Shown piece by piece: positions 32,976 to 33,706 of a stretch of 33,706 bases of DNA. The notes beneath the pieces are model-generated. The model ran no database searches, was not told the origin of the DNA, and was given only the letters and a program-made list of their open reading frames with translations. Within the stretch, counting starts at the first letter, position 1. Each line of letters opens with the position of its first letter. The translations under genes were made by a program, and so were the position numbers. This DNA comes from Deltaproteobacteria bacterium (GTDB taxonomy: Bacteria; Desulfobacterota; Binatia; UBA9968), in contig JACPFH010000074.1 of the NCBI GenBank assembly GCA_016183075.1, forward strand, positions 1 to 33,706, in the 5' to 3' direction.

Positions 32976-33706
32976 ATGAGGTCGACGAGGCCTTTATTAT
33001 TATTTCCAGTTGCCATCGGGGCATTTCTCTTCTACTTCACCGGGTGTGCCACGAGGGAGGCGGGTTTGCAGCGGGGGCAAACGACGGCAGCGGCTCGCAC
33101 GGGAGAAGTGATCCGGCCAAGCGGTTTGCAGGCTGTTTTGCCGGACAAAGCCCGTTGTCCGCAAATAGCTTCGCCGTTTGGATCGCAAACGCGCTATGAC
33201 GGCAGCCCGCGACCGAAGTGGTCTTTCGGGGGTTACCATGGCGGTATTGACATCACGCTCGCAGAAGGTACTCCTCTTCTGGCTTTGGCAGGGGGCACGG
33301 TGGTGAGCAAGGGCGAAGGCGGCCAGCTAGAAGGCATCTATTTATGGCTGCGACATTCCCCGGAGGACACTGGCCTCGCGTACTGGGTATATTCGAAATA
33401 CCAGCATCTCCAGTCTCTTCCTGAAGCGGCGATCGGCTCGAGAGTGGCGGCAGCGGAGGTTGTCGCGCGTTCAGGCAAAACCGGCACCGTCGGCGGGCAT
33501 TATGGCTCCGCTGGATACCCGCACCTGCATCTCACTACGCTCAAAAGCGCGAGCGGTGATCAGATCGTGGGTTCCCGCGGGGAGACGCGAGGCGCGAATC
33601 TCATCGATCCCCTGGCGATCTATCGCGACGCTAGCATCGCGCTTTCGACATCGGTCGATTCAGCTCTCCGCAAGGACGAGGTGAGAATTCCATACTCCAC
33701 CACCGA
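32976..33706 (+). CDS. M23-family metallopeptidase lipoprotein (3' end outside window); absent from the supplied ORF track
   Basis: Read manually. ATG 32976 follows an in-frame TAA. MRSTRPLLLFPVAIGAFLFYFTGC is a signal peptide with a lipobox-like FTGC. M23 motifs: FGGYHGGIDI (HxxxD) and GYPHLHL (HxH). The frame is open to base 33706. Confidence 0.83.
   Translation, partial: MRSTRPLLLFPVAIGAFLFYFTGCATREAGLQRGQTTAAARTGEVIRPSGLQAVLPDKARCPQIASPFGSQTRYDGSPRPKWSFGGYHGGIDITLAEGTPLLALAGGTVVSKGEGGQLEGIYLWLRHSPEDTGLAYWVYSKYQHLQSLPEAAIGSRVAAAEVVARSGKTGTVGGHYGSAGYPHLHLTTLKSASGDQIVGSRGETRGANLIDPLAIYRDASIALSTSVDSALRKDEVRIPYSTT

Overview
High-GC (about 60%) bacterial chromosomal window, densely coding and mostly housekeeping. 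No rRNA, tRNA, CRISPR array or transposase/integrase was found. Gram-negative-type content: LPS heptose gene, LapA, IHF.

Gene order:
- 1-6.8 kb: RelA/SpoT C-terminus (partial), rpmB, rfaE2, a UbiD-family decarboxylase, a secreted BFN(DUF151)-PDZ protein, mutL, miaA.
- 6.9-14 kb: a large DUF2235 (Tle1-like lipase fold) membrane protein, menA, a COG0523 metallochaperone GTPase with an extra C-terminal domain, an LLM-class oxidoreductase, an RluA-family pseudouridine synthase.
- 14.2-23.4 kb: a translationally coupled aromatic amino-acid/housekeeping supraoperon, pheA-hisC-aroF-tyrA-aroA-cmk-rpsA-sppA-ihfB.
- 23.4-27 kb: a HIT protein, a LapA-like protein, and a ChlI-like AAA+ ATPase plus vWA two-gene module.
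- 27-33.7 kb: looks accessory or decaying. It holds a thioredoxin-fold gene, an orphan fused ABC permease, an alpha/beta hydrolase, a frameshifted solute-binding protein, an RHH/PIN toxin-antitoxin pair and a 3'-truncated M23 lipoprotein.

Most notable observations:
1. A thioredoxin-fold gene (27181-27747) is split in the ORF track by an in-frame TGA. The TGA sits exactly at the first Cys position of the CxxC motif (U-G-G-C) and is followed by a SECIS-like hairpin. This is a probable unannotated selenoprotein.
2. The AAA+ ATPase carries two in-frame stops (TGA, TAG) 21 nt apart in an otherwise intact 447-codon frame, next to an intact vWA partner.
3. The DUF2235 protein ends at CCC-TAA-G, and the +1 frame continues with what reads like the missing C-terminal strands of its last domain.
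4. Several REP-like intergenic repeat families are present, including 9-nt periodic TTGAAC/GTTCAA arrays on both sides of mutL. These generate spurious ORFs.

Product calls come from motif recognition in the supplied translations; no database search was run.
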